64,000 nucleotides of DNA. Origin: Octopus vulgaris (Eukaryota). A program made the translations under genes and the position numbers. A model generated the notes under the pieces. The model was not told the DNA's origin. It worked only from the letters and a program-made list of their open reading frames with translations, and made no database searches. This document shows, in pieces, positions 39,034-52,900 of the stretch (position 1 is the stretch's first letter; each line of letters begins with the position of its first letter). The DNA is taken from the NCBI GenBank assembly GCA_951406725.2, contig OX597814.1, positions 137,702,001-137,766,000 on the forward strand, written 5' to 3'.

Positions 39034-39557
39034 ACCTCCGAGAATCTGAGACTGATGTTGACTTCATTGAAACAAGCCCATCATCTTCAACCAAATCGTC
39101 AGATATGTTTTACACTTCAGTATCATCTTCGTCCAACGATGGTGGTCAGTCGTCTGATTTGGACTCTTCTGGAGTACACAGTGGTAGTTTTTCAGTAAGT
39201 AGCTCACCAAAAGCGAATAATAGCAAAGATTCTGATAGAGACTCAGGGCGCCTCTCCATACCAGATTCTGCCAGTGAATATTCTTTGACTGAAACAATAT
39301 CGGCATGGGATATTTCAATGCCATCAGTCTCACCAGCTACTTCACATTTAAATCTACATTACTCGGAAGATGACTTGAGCAAATATGAAGACAAAACAGG
39401 TAAAAAAGACAAGATTCGTTCAAGAAAAGACAAAATCATGATGTCTATTAAAACTTTTAAGAAGAAGATCATGAAATTGTCAAAAACTAACCGAGAACCT
39501 GGAGATGAAACAGATACTTCAAAGCCTTCTGACGAATCATTATATCAGTGGGTTGTG
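39034..39557 (+). CDS. Formin exon: Ser-rich and polybasic N-terminal extension
   Basis: tttag|AC acceptor; open frame LRESETDVDF...SLYQWVV; donor GTG|gtaagt (phase 0). Confidence 0.8.
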
Positions 39558-42500
39558 GTAAGTAAGCTATTTGTAATTATTCTTTTATTTGTTTCAATCA
39601 TCTGACTGCAGCCATGCTGGAGCAATGCTAAGTTACAGGGATATAAACACACCAACACTGGTTGTGAAGCAGTGATGGGGGCACAAAATAAACATGCACA
39701 CACACACACACACACACAATGGGGTTCTTTCAGTTTCTGTCTACCAGATCCACTCACAAGGCTTTGGTTGGCCTAAGGCTATAGTAGAAGACAGTTGCCC
39801 AAGGTATCATGCAGTAAGACTGAACCCAGAACCATGTGGGACCCCGGAACCATGGTTGGGAAGCAAGCTTCTTACTACATGGCCATGCCTGCGCCTATAG
39901 AGAAATCTATTAATGGTTTCAAATTTTAGCACATGGCCAACAGATTTTGAGGGAAGGGGAAGTTGATTACATTGTCCCTAGTACATGACTGTTACTTATT
40001 TTATCAACTTTGAAAGGGTGAAAAGCAAACCTTGGTGGAGTTGGTACTTAGAATATAAAGACAGACAGAGTGTTGCTAAGCATTTTGTTTGGTTTGCTAA
40101 CAATTTTGCCAGCTCTATTTATGTCATCTGGGTTAATATGAACCTTAAAAATAGTAATTGAATATGTTTAAAGATGTGGATTTGAACCTCATGGCAGTCT
40201 TTGACTTTTTCTATCCAAAGCATTTTTTAACCCTATATTTACATGCTATTATTTATAACTTTGGTTGCTTCAAGATCTACCATTCTAAAACAAAATCATT
40301 TTACATTCTCTTGAAGTTTAAAACTTCTCATGATGTGAATAGTTTAATAGTGGCTGTAATATTTTGAAATATTTAAATGAAATTCTAAAAAGTTCTTAAT
40401 ATTAAAAGTGCTTATGGAAGCTGGCAGAATTGTGAGCACTCCAAGCAAAACACTTAGTGGCACCCAGTTCAATATGAAATATGGATGTTAAATGATGCTG
40501 CTGCTGATGATGATGGTGAAAGAATGGGGGAATGCTATTAACTTTATAAATTAGAGCATTTATGAGATGCCTTCTATATTGCAATTTCAAAGTTTCTAAT
40601 TCTTTCAGCTTATCAGGTATCAAGAAATTAATAAATAAGTGAAAATAATTATTTATTTAATTTACTGTTTATTGGTTTCCCTCAAAAGCACAATCAGCCA
40701 TCTTATGGTGTACACACACACACACACACACACATGATGGGCTTCTTTCAGTTTCCACCTACCAATTCCTCTCACAAGGCTCCAGTAAACCCAGGTGTCA
40801 CACAGTTACACTGTAGAACTGAACCTAGAGCCATGTGATTGAGAAGCAAACTTTTTACTACACAACCACACCTGTGGCTATGCAGCCACACTTAGAATAG
40901 TTATGTATATAACTGTTTGCTTTTTTTATATTTCAGGATAGTCTGTCACAACTAGATAATGAAGGTATCAATTCTAATATTGAGAAAAAGGTAATTAACA
41001 TTGCATAAATATTTTTCTTTTATTTCATAAAATGCTTTCCTAAACCAGTTACTTTTACTTGAATTAGTTCTAGAAAATATATGTTATTAAACTTACTCTT
41101 CTCTTCATTATCCAATGGAACCAGTGTTACTCTTCTATGCATTTGTTATTCTATAAAGAGAAGGCATACATTTTTTTTTTACTGGGTTCAGTGTGTAATC
41201 TCCAGCTTAGCTGAAGATCCATATCCAAGGGTTTTACACTTTGCCTGTCCAAAGCATTTTCATAAGCTTGTCCTAAATGTCCATGCTAGGTTTTCTGACA
41301 GTTAGCTAGACCTTGATTCCTATGTTCTGAGTAACTTAAAGCTTTCCTTTTATAAGTTCCAAGTTACTCTGGTGGTTGAAAAAAGATTGAGAATGTTTAT
41401 AATATTATGATGCATGGTTGCCAGGGAAATATGTCCTGTGTATCACATGTGACACACTGGACAAGCAAAGTTGTGTCACCTGGTTGAGGGTGATACAATG
41501 CACCTAATCACCCCAGGAAACATCAGGGCACCCCAGAAAACATTGCTGATGATGTGTCCAGATGCATCACAGTGATGTACAGAAAAACAGATATACAAAA
41601 TTAAATTTCTATTAAACCATTTTGGAGGTGCGTGGCTTAGTGGTTAGGGTGTCAGCATCATGATTGTAAGATTGTGGTTTCGATTCTTGGACCAGGCGAC
41701 ACATTGTGTTCTTGAGGAAAACACTTCATTTCATGTTGCTCCAGTCCACTCAGCTGGCAAAAATGAGTAATGCTGCGAGGGACTGGCGTCCCATCCAGCT
41801 GGGGAACACATACGCCATAGAAACTGGGAAACCGGGCCCATGAGCCTGGCTAGGCTTTAAAAGGGTGCATTTATTTTATTTTATTAAACCATTTTACTTT
41901 TACATTTTGTTTCTCTACTAGAATAATTGATGTTTTTTTTTGGTTTATTTGTTTTTTTCTTAGATGCTCTCTCGCCCTACTAATGCTGTACCGTTATACA
42001 TTGAATGTCTGAAAAAATGCATTGAGAAGAATCTGCTTTCTTGTCCCCCATCCGATGTATACTCAGCTACTCAGTTTGAGAAATACAAAGGCACTCTTAA
42101 TGAAATCAATCCAATTTCCTATGTCCTTCAAAGGCTTAAAGGCGACTTGCGTTTGGCAGAAGAAAAGTAAGTAAAAATTTATTCTCTCACTACATGTTCC
42201 TGTTAATCATTGACAAAGACCATTTTCTGTTTCTTCCCTAACAGAGTTCTTTAGCATTTAAACCAGCCATATCCAGCCAAAATATTCTTCCTGTTTTATG
42301 TTCAAACTGGCCAGATCCAGTCTCTCACACCTATCCTTTAATGTTGGTCTAAAAAAAAAATATACACATAATTGAATCAAACACATCACAAACATTTGCT
42401 TTGCAGTGTTGACTTAAAATTTCTATCAACTTAACAATTTAATATCATAGTTGGTGTTCTTTTTTTTATTCAATCTAGACTGAGTTTTTGTTACTCATTC

Positions 42501-44608
42501 TAGAAGCTTCTAGCTCATTTTCATTTTTTGAATCATTCAATGGCTTTGAAATCTAATCTAAACTCTGACCCTAAAAGTTTTGTTTTAAGGATACTTCTGA
42601 AAGGTATGTCAGTGACTAAAAATTATTTCCTGATAGAATGCTCTAAGAACTATCATATGTGTCTGCCTAACTGTCTATCTGGTTGGCTGTTTAGTCTCAT
42701 TATCTCATTCGTTCTCTCAACATATATTATAAATTGCTGACAAAAAAGGTCCTCACACCCACACACACACACACTTATAACTATATCCCCACTCATACAC
42801 ATATGATTATTTGTTTGTGTTTCTTTTGCAGTTTTGTCCTTGAATACATTAATAAGCCTAACAGAGGAATGATTTTGATGGTTCATTTGCTACAAGACAT
42901 CCAAGTGGCTGGAATGTCTCTATCAGAAACAGCCTCTATAATGGCAAACCAAGGACTCAAGTATGATGAATATCAACAACAACTGGTATGTGAGAACTTC
43001 TTGAACTTTCAGACCATATCACTTAAGCTAAATTGAAAAATATTTTTAACTTCATTGATACCAACCCATGTTAGGGTACCCTTGATTCTGTGATGCAAAC
43101 TTCCAGTTTTAATATGCGTATTTATTCACATTGTTTTGAATCAATTGTGCATAGAACATAGGATCAACTCACATATTAATCTAAACCTTCCAAAGTTTTA
43201 TAGTAATTTAGAAAGCAAAACAATTGTTAGATCCTGAATTGAGTTCAAACTGTATTTAAAATAAGGACAATACATATAACTTATGTATTAAGTGATCTTT
43301 TCAAGTTGATCCTGAATAATTATGAATTACTTCTAAACCTGTTTCTTATTATTTCTGTTCTTTGCAAGGTGGCAAGCTGGCAGAATCATTAGCAGCATTT
43401 CATCTGTCCTTACTTTCTGAGCTCAAATTCTGCTGAGGTCAGCTTTGCCTTTCATCTTTTCGGGGTTGATGAAATAAGTACCAGTTACGCACTGGTGTCA
43501 ATGTAACCGTCTTGCCCCCTCCCCCAACATTTCAGGTCTATAGTAGAAAGGATTATATTTGTTGTTTGCTTTACTGCACATCAGCCAATTTTTGGACACT
43601 TCCTGTAGCCTATCAGTTTTTCTATGAGAGATGGTTGTTAGCTCCTCACTTAACTTTTCTCAACTTCTTGAGAAAGAGATGCTTTGAGTAGTCCCTTATG
43701 GCCTTTTCCACTCTGCAATGGAACTGATACTGAGACAGAGCAAGAAGATAAAAGAATCAACCTTAGTACATGACTGGTACTATATTTTATCAACCCCAGA
43801 AGAATGAAAGACTAAGTTGGCCTCAATGGCGTTTGATCTCGCAGTGCAGAGCCATATTAAAACTGCAAGACAATCTAACACTCTAAATGGCTTTGTCAAT
43901 TCACTGTCTTCTAAACCTTTTACCAAGTTGGAATAACAAAAAGAGTAGCTTTCTTGTTGCCTATGCTTTTAATCATAGCTGAACATAACAGTGGTTATGC
44001 TGTTTATGATTTTAATACAAATGTACAAATATATAGGTAATAAGCTGTCAATGACTTTGAATATTAAACAAATTAACCATATAATGTTGAAAAAGATATT
44101 TTCAATATCGTTTTAAAAACTGACGGATGAAATGTTAATTCTGTTCAACATTACTGTTGTGTTGAAATTTTGCTGTTTTTTGGGATTTTTTTTGTTTTAA
44201 GTATTGGTGAACAATTTGTCTGTTGTTCCTACCCCTAGCTGTTGCAGTAAATATAGCTGGCGAGTTCATGTCAACATGTTCGTTATTGTTTCTGCCTCTT
44301 GTTAAATGTTTTGGTGTTAGTCTTGCTTCAAGAAGCAGTGAGGACATAGATAAATAAATAGACATAGAATCAAAAGAAAAAAAAATAGAAATAGAAAAGA
44401 AAAGGGAAGGAACATAGAGTAGGGAGTTAGATGCAAAAAGAAGAAAAAAAAAAGAAAAGATGAGTGTAGTTTTCTTACCATCTTTGTTTTACGTTTTTCT
44501 TTTTTCATTGTTAGCCTTTTGTTTACTTTTTCTGTTTTTCATTCCAACTTTTGTTTTCTTCCTATTTTCTTGTTTATTTTTCTTTCTTTTTTTTTCACAC
44601 GTACTTAC

Positions 44609-44675
<67 letters not shown>

Positions 44676-45015
44676 ACCTTCTTTTTAATCTCTAAAATAT
44701 AATTACTTGATCTTGTATGCTAACCTTCCACTCTCCCACCCAAACGCCTTGGAGGTGGGTACCGTTAGATATACTGCATGTGTTTGCTTGGTTTTTCTGT
44801 TGCAATGACGTCAATCTTTCATAGTTTGACTTGTTTGTGTGTATATGGTGTGAGCTTTTCAACACGAGTGTTTTGTTTCGGTTTTGTTTTCGTGTCTGTT
44901 ACCCGCATTACTCCTTAAACTTTCTACCAATACTGCTATTACTCTTACTGTTTAATTATTCATTGATCTGTTCCCATCCATGCTCATACTTGGTAAAATA
45001 ATTGAGTAAGTAAAT

Positions 45016-45069
<54 letters not shown>

Positions 45070-48000
45070 GTTTAATGTTCGTTTTCCATGCTAGCATGGG
45101 TTGGACGGTTCGACCGTGGTCTGGGAAGCTAGGAGGCTGCACCAGGCAGATCTGGCAGTGTTTCTACAGCTGGATGCCCTTCCTAATGCCAACCACTCCG
45201 TGAGTGTAGTGGGTGCTTTTTACGTGCCACCGGCACAGAAGCCAGTCAAGGTGGTGCTGGCATCGGCCACGTTCGGATGGTGCTTTTTACGTGCCATTGG
45301 CACAGAAGCCAGTCAAGGCGGCACTGGCATCGGCCACGTTCGGATGGTACTTTTTACGTGCCACCAGCCAGGTTGACTTTGCCTTTCATTTCTTCAAGGT
45401 TTCATAAAATAAGTACCAGTTGATCACTTGGGGTCGATGTAATTGACTAGCTCCTCCCCCAAACTTGTTGGCCTTGGGCCAAAATTTGAAACTAATATAG
45501 AAAGGTAATCTGTAGGACTTAGATCAGGGAATATCGTATCTTTTATGTACTAGGCTGAATTGTAAGTGTATAAGAACCTGTATAAGAATTGTTGGGGTGC
45601 ATCTGTGCTGACAAAAAAACGTTTTATTTTTTTACACATTCATTGGTAAGCAACTTGCATTAAATTATGGTTGTAGTCTTAAGGCTTGAATTGAAACAAA
45701 GATAGTGTATTTCTGTTGAAATGCACCACTTTTGTACTGTTGTTTCAATTCATTTTGAAAATAATAAAGAATTTAGTAAAACAACTTTGTCCTTAGTTGG
45801 CTGATATTTGGAACATAACATGAAATTCTGACAGAAGGTCTTAATGTTGATCATTATGAAGCAAAAAGTTTAGATCATAGACCCAAAGGTGGTTTCAAAC
45901 TCAATACAAAGTTTGGTATCAAAAGGGTTATACCATTTTTTTTCATATGGGTTTTTTGTGACTTTGTCACTTGGCAAGTTTAAATTTGAATGCATGCAAA
46001 ATTTTATCCAGAGGTGGGAAGTTTATGTTTTTATTTTTCGAAAGAGTGAGTGGATTTGAAACATTGACTGGACTTTGTCTGAAAAATCATAGGGATTGAA
46101 TTGACAACATCAGCTGGGGCTTCCATGTTGATGGCAATAAATTAAACGAGATACAACCATTTCTAAAGTTGAATCTAAATAAACTAATTTGGATTCAGAT
46201 TAACGGAATGGGTGAGCAATTTAATGAACTGTTTTACTTCATGTAAAATTTTGGACAATTAAACATTAAAAAAAAATTACATCTAATCATCATCATCATC
46301 ATTTAATGTCTGTTTTCTATGCTGGCATGGGTTGAATGGTTTGACAGGATCCAATGAGCCACAGGGCTGTACAAAGTTCCATTGTTGGCTTTGCCATGGT
46401 TTCTGTAGCTGGATGCCCTTCCTAATGCCAGCCACTTTACAATATGTACTGGGTGCTTTTCATCATTCTACCAATATTGGTGACATTGCCAAGTAATTGC
46501 AAGACAAAAAAAAAGAATGGGAAAATTTTCAGAAAAAAGTTTAATGGCTTCAAGGGTTTAATCAAGCAAATCGATCCCTATACTTATTTTATCAGTCTCT
46601 TTTGCCAAACTGCTACATTATGGAGACGTAAACAAACCAACACTGGTTATTGAGTGGTGGTGATGGTGGTGGGGGGCATAAATACAAACACAAAGACACA
46701 CATATATGTGAAGGGCTTCCACACAGTTTCCATGCATCAGATTTATTCAGAAGACATTGGTAGGTTTGGGGTTACAGTACAAGACACTTGCCCAAGGTGC
46801 TGAGCAGGAGGACTGAACCTGAAACGATATAGTAAATTTCTGTGAAAAATGCTTTACTATGCAAAGCAATAGGGTAATCTTAACCTTTTCTGTTACAAAA
46901 CAAGACTCAAAACAACAAAAGTAGAATTAATGATAACCATAAAATATTAGAAATTTATAAAGTTTAGGAATGATTAAAATAATCCAAAATGAAAAATTTT
47001 TGAATGGCTCAAAATAGTTTCAATTAATTTTGAGAAATATCGATTAGCAATCCAAGCAACAATTTTTTTCCCACAGTCAATGTTGCTTAATTTTTGTTGA
47101 ATTTCAGACATAAGGAAATTTTTTGAGGGCAAAAAGGCAACCACATTCCTTTTCTGTCGAACTGACAGCATATCTGCTACATTCTTGTCATACATTAAGT
47201 GTGCATGTTTCCTCAATCCTGTATTGATACAAACTCAATTGTACCTTCATAGACAAAGTCAAATGGTGGAACTTATTTTAAATGGGATTACAGCTATGTT
47301 CAGTAAACAGATCCTAACACTTTGACTGTGTAATTAAATTTCATGGTCATTCCCATAATGATCAATGTTAACTATTCACCAAAAAAAAAAAAAAATTAGA
47401 ATTGATATTTTCTGTTTCTGCAATACTTTTTCAGTATCTCTTGAAGGTCTGCAGGTACAGTTTTCATATCTACCACTAAAAATATTTGGTTCTTACTCCA
47501 TAAAGAGATATTTGAAATATATGAGAAAAAAATAAAGAAAGATCTGAAAAATTAATTTTGTTAGAAAGTGTCATTGGGGGTGTCTCCTTTTCTTGCAGCA
47601 TAATATTTTATCTTTTATTTGTTTCGCTGAGACTCCACCTTGAAAAAATTTTGGTCGAATGAATTGACCCCCAGTAATTAATTATTTTTTTTTGTTAAAC
47701 CTGGTACTTATTCTATCATCCGTTTTGCCAAACCACTCAGTTATAGGATGTAAAAACACCAACACCAGTTGTCAAAATGTGGTGGGGGACAAACGCATAC
47801 ACAAGGGGACACGGGGACACACACACACACACATATGATGGGCTTCTTCCTGAGGCTATAGTAGAAGACACAGTGGGACTGAATCCAGAACCATGTGACT
47901 AGGAAACAAGCTTCTTACCACACAACCATGTCTGTGCCTATAAACTAATTGATTTTCAAACCTTATTGGAGTCTCGTTAGAGACATCTATATGGGGTAAA

Positions 48001-48651
48001 ATTACTTTCTGCAATTAACTAATAAAATTTTGAGCAGACATCTGCTTTCTGCATTTGAAAGGTCTTTTTACTCTCCACAGCATATTCTTACCCACCGCCT
48101 CCGTCACCTCCAATCCCCACTTAGATAGAAGGCTGACTAAAATGATTTCTCATCACTATTTAAATATTTGTGTCAATTGATTTTATTAATGTTATTAATT
48201 ACTGTTATATTTTCAGGATGATGAACATGACTGTCTGATGTGTCTCAAGTACATGTTGAGGTTCAAAGTAAGTTGTTGAGCTTTTGTACAATGTTACATT
48301 CAAATTGTAGAACCATATAACCTTCTTGAAAATTCTTACATCATACACCACACACACAGTCCAGTTTTTACTATTCTAAAGACACCACTTTTCTCTCTAA
48401 CTTTTGATTCTATTATCTCTTTCAAACTGTGTTACTCATCTGAACCCACCTCTTTATTTTAATACTCATATAATTAAACCAGTGGAGTGTGTGTGTGTGC
48501 GTGCATGCACACATATAGTAGTGTGTGCGAGTAGTGGTGGTTGTAGCAGCAGCAGTAGTAGCTCAACTTGTTAATGTAGTAAACTAAGTCTTCTTCAACA
48601 AGTACTTTTACAGTCTTTACACTAGGGAACATGTTTCAAACCATCAATTTT

Positions 48652-48698
<47 letters not shown>

Positions 48699-49877
48699 AA
48701 CACTTCAATCAAGCAGCTATCTTTTGCCATAAATCTGCTGGATCAGTCTCAACAAAAAATATCCTTCTCCAATGGCAGGAACAATTCTAACAATTTCATT
48801 ACCTCAAATAGTCCTACTCTGCTCTAGCTTTACTCACCTCAACTCTCATATTCACTTCAGTATAATCTTCATTCTTGCACAATCATGAAGCCACTCAGTC
48901 ATTCAAAGCTCTGATGAAATTCTTTATGCTATCTGGTTTCATGTTTTATTCTTTGTTGATTAAATCCTAATGAAATTGTTCTTATTCTTTCATATAATTA
49001 GGTATCAATAAAATAGGGTAATATACTGAGCTCAAATAGGACCTGTGCAATTAGACATGTATACTCTTTGTCTTAATACCTTTGTTTCAGAAACTCACAT
49101 CTGTTTAGTATATGTTTTTAACGCCTGATTTCACTGTATTCAAATTTTTACATACCTTTTCCTATCCACCTTTAGGATTGATAAAACAAGTAACAGTTTT
49201 AATTTCTGGCCCTTAGATTATTTCTTCCTTACAAAATTTACTCTAATCTCACATAAAAGCATCTAATTCTTTATCATATATATTTTTATTGTAATTTTCA
49301 TGAAATAATACAATCATGTTTCTCTGTTTCCCTACTTTATAGGCAGCTATTCAAAAATTTTTGGATATCCGTCACAGTCTTGAAACAGTTTCACACAGTT
49401 TAATTAATGGCATAAGTAAAACCAAGCTGGCAGCTCTCCAGGTAAAATTTTTTTCATAAATTAATAATTTTTATTTCAAACCCTTTTGATATCAAACCAT
49501 CTGAGATCACTCATTCTATGACACCTGCTGTTGTTTAAAGTGATCTAAATTTAAAATAATAATGAAATTATTGTGTATAGAGCTCAGGTGCACTACGCCT
49601 CATCAAACATGCTTGTAGTGTACATAGAATTATGTACAAAAGTCAGGAAAGTGAACAGTGTATGAGTCATGTTATACATGTGTGTATGCATATGGAGGAG
49701 GGGATATCAGGTATAATGTTGGCAAATTTCAGGAAGCATGGTGGTTTTAAAGGATGCAATGTCTCAGCAACCTTCTATCAAAATTTCATGCAAATTTATT
49801 TTCCAAACATCATCTTAACCCTTTAGCATTCACAGTACTCTTGTACTGAGCAGTATTACTAGTTATGAAAGCCATAT

Positions 49878-49933
<56 letters not shown>

Positions 49934-52900
49934 CTCTTCTGTTGAAGATGATGTATGAATGTTCAGCTTTTGCTTAACGACCTGCACAAATGGTTTGTTT
50001 ATTGTGATCAAAACAATGTTTTCTGAACTGGTGCATGGTGTGTCACTCATCAGGTGTTGAAGTAATCATAAAGCAATGCGGGATGAGGTTTTTTACTTGA
50101 AGAAACAACAGACCACTTGGTCTGAGAATTGAAATCACGATTGCTAGATCATGAGTGCAACACCCTAAACTCTAAGCCATATATCATATAATGCTTGTAT
50201 ATAAGGCACAAGCATGGTTTTGTGTTTGAGGGGATTTGTGGTTTCACATCCAGTCTCACAATGTAACACTGTAGGCAAGTGTTTTTCTACTGTAGTCCAG
50301 GGCCAACCAAAGCTTTGTGAATGGATTTGTGAATTTTATATAATAATAATAATAATGAAATTATTGTATACAGTGCTCAGGTGCACCACAACTTGTCAAA
50401 AGTGTGTATAAAGCGTATGCAGTAATGTACAAATGTCTGGGAAGTGAACAGTGTATGAGTCAGATATATGCTTGTGTATGTATGGAGGGGAGGAAATCAG
50501 GTGTAGTGTTGGCAAATCTCAGGAAGCTTGGAAGTTTTGAAGGATGCATTGCTCTGACAACTAACAACTGACGCCAGCAGTGTGTTCCATGCATCAGCAA
50601 CTCTTAGCGTGGTGTGTGGAACTAGATTTCTGTTACTTGAGAAATCACTAAAGGTTAGTCGTAGAAAAGGTATCCAGCTGTAAAACGACATATTCATATA
50701 ATCAATATTATCATGGAAAAACAGTTGTAAAATTGAGCAGGTAATAAAATATTGTGTATGTATGTGTATTTCTGTCTATATTGTGTATGTATGTGTATTT
50801 CTGTCTGAGTATGAACATAAATGTCATAGTAAACACTGTGCTATCAAGAAAGCTTCATACATGTTTTATCACTGTTTGTCTTTGTCATTAACATTATCCT
50901 GTTGTATATTATTTATATTAATTTTGATTACTGTAATATATATATTTCATTTACAGATCTTTACTATCTGCTTAACTGAAGTGAATGGCCTCCATTGTGT
51001 TTTGGAAGCATTTTCATACATTTGTTTCAAGTTTGGGGAGCCCATGCGCTTTAAACTACTGATGAACATGTTAAAGAATACAACTTCTCAACAACTTAGC
51101 TTCCAGGTGCGTTGCCAAACATATTTCTTCGATTCATTCAAGCATCCGTCCGTCCATCCATCCATCCATCCATCCATCCATCCATCTTCTCCACCCACTA
51201 TTCCTAGGATGCTTGTTGGGGTTTAGTCCTCACACTCCTGCTCCATAGGATCCTATCGGAAGCAACCATCATTACACTTTCTGGTTGGATTCGCAAGCAT
51301 GACCAACTGAGACTGACAAATAAAAGGCACCCACTACACTCTGTGGAGTGGTTGGCATTTGGAAGAGCATCCAGCTGAAGAAACCAAGTCAAATCAGAAT
51401 GGAGCCTGGTTCAGCTTTATGGCATGTCAGTCCCAGTTAAACCATCTAACCCATGCCAGCATGGAAAATGGATGCTAAATGATGATGATGATATTAATTT
51501 TGGTCTACCCCTAAGTCTTCAACCAGTTGACTCAGCTTGAAGAATCCCTCTTGTGATTCTTTCCTGTGACATACTAATTACAATATCTGTAGAATGAGAG
51601 CATTGATCTCTCAATGCAGAGAAGTAGCAGCTTGACCTGGGGAGACTTTCTGATTTCTGAGCTAAGCAACCAGTCAAGTAATGTTACTTCAAAGATCCTT
51701 CAAAGGAACCCCGTTTCAGATGCTTATATTTAAAATTGTACTCATACAGTCATTACCCATCAATCATGACCATAGGTGATGATAGGCACAAAAATTCATT
51801 TGAAGATAACATGTTTCTTCCACCAATTTAAACAGCTATGATGTTTTGATTGCTAATTTTATGGAGAAAAAAAATGAAGTAGAAAAAAATTAAAAGAATA
51901 AATGTAACCTACATATTTTAAAAAATGATTTCTTTACAAGTTTTTTTTCTTCTTTTAAACAGTAAGAGAGAAGCCTCTCTGCGCTAATACTGCCTCTGCC
52001 ACTAAAATTTATTTTCTAATCAGTTTGTTACATAAGCCTTTAGCATTGAAACTGTTCATATCTGGCCAAAATATTCTATCTGTTTTATGTTTAAATTGGC
52101 TAAATCCTGCCTCTCACACCTATCCTACAAAGTCATTCTAAAAATAAACAGTCACATCATTGAAATCTTACTGCTATGAAATAAGCGATGATTAATTCCA
52201 AGCAATGTAAACAAATTAGCAGTACATTTGATAGAATAATCTGAATGCTAAAGGCTTAAAGTTATTTTGAATTAAGATATTTAGAAACCATATCTTTATT
52301 TACAATAATTTTGTTTCTTTTTCTCCCTCATAGGTGGCATGTTTGAGATTTGCTAATACCATGTTAAATGCAACATCAACTCTTAATCATCGAGTTTTTC
52401 TGCAACATCAGTTGCTGGCAGCTGGCTTAGATATTGATTTCTTAGAAAAGGTATGTAAATTTCATACTAGTATTTAATTAAGATCTTGTACAATTTATAC
52501 TAGATTTTTCTTTTTACTCAATGTAATTTAAGCCTGTTGTTCCCATCAAATTGTTATACATACATACATACTTAGATACATAGATACATCCATATGAACA
52601 TGTGTGTATGTGTGTATATGTATATGCATGTGTGTGTATGTATGTGTGTGTGTATATATATTGTCCCGCCCATGCCAGCATGAAAAGCGGACGTTAAATG
52701 ATGATGATGATGATAATATATACATATCTATGGACCCTTTTGATTCCTATTTACTCTGATGGACCTTCCTAACCATTCAATGTTTTAAAAAATCCTCTTA
52801 TATTTTTGTAAAAAAATTGTTAAAATATTTTGTGTATTGTAAATGTAAATTTTTTCCCAAATAAAATGTACTTCATATTTAATGCTCTGATGAAGCTATA

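Noticed and set aside
41624-41700. tRNA gene (A and B boxes)
   Set aside because: It continues into a SINE body, tail and TSD, and has no convincing cloverleaf.
45225-45365. CRISPR-like spaced repeats (ggtgctttttacgtgcca...)
   Set aside because: These are internal tandem units of a eukaryotic SINE; the spacers are also repeated and there are no cas genes.
48905-48945. GCTCTGATGAA half-core
   Set aside because: No downstream stem II or GAAA.
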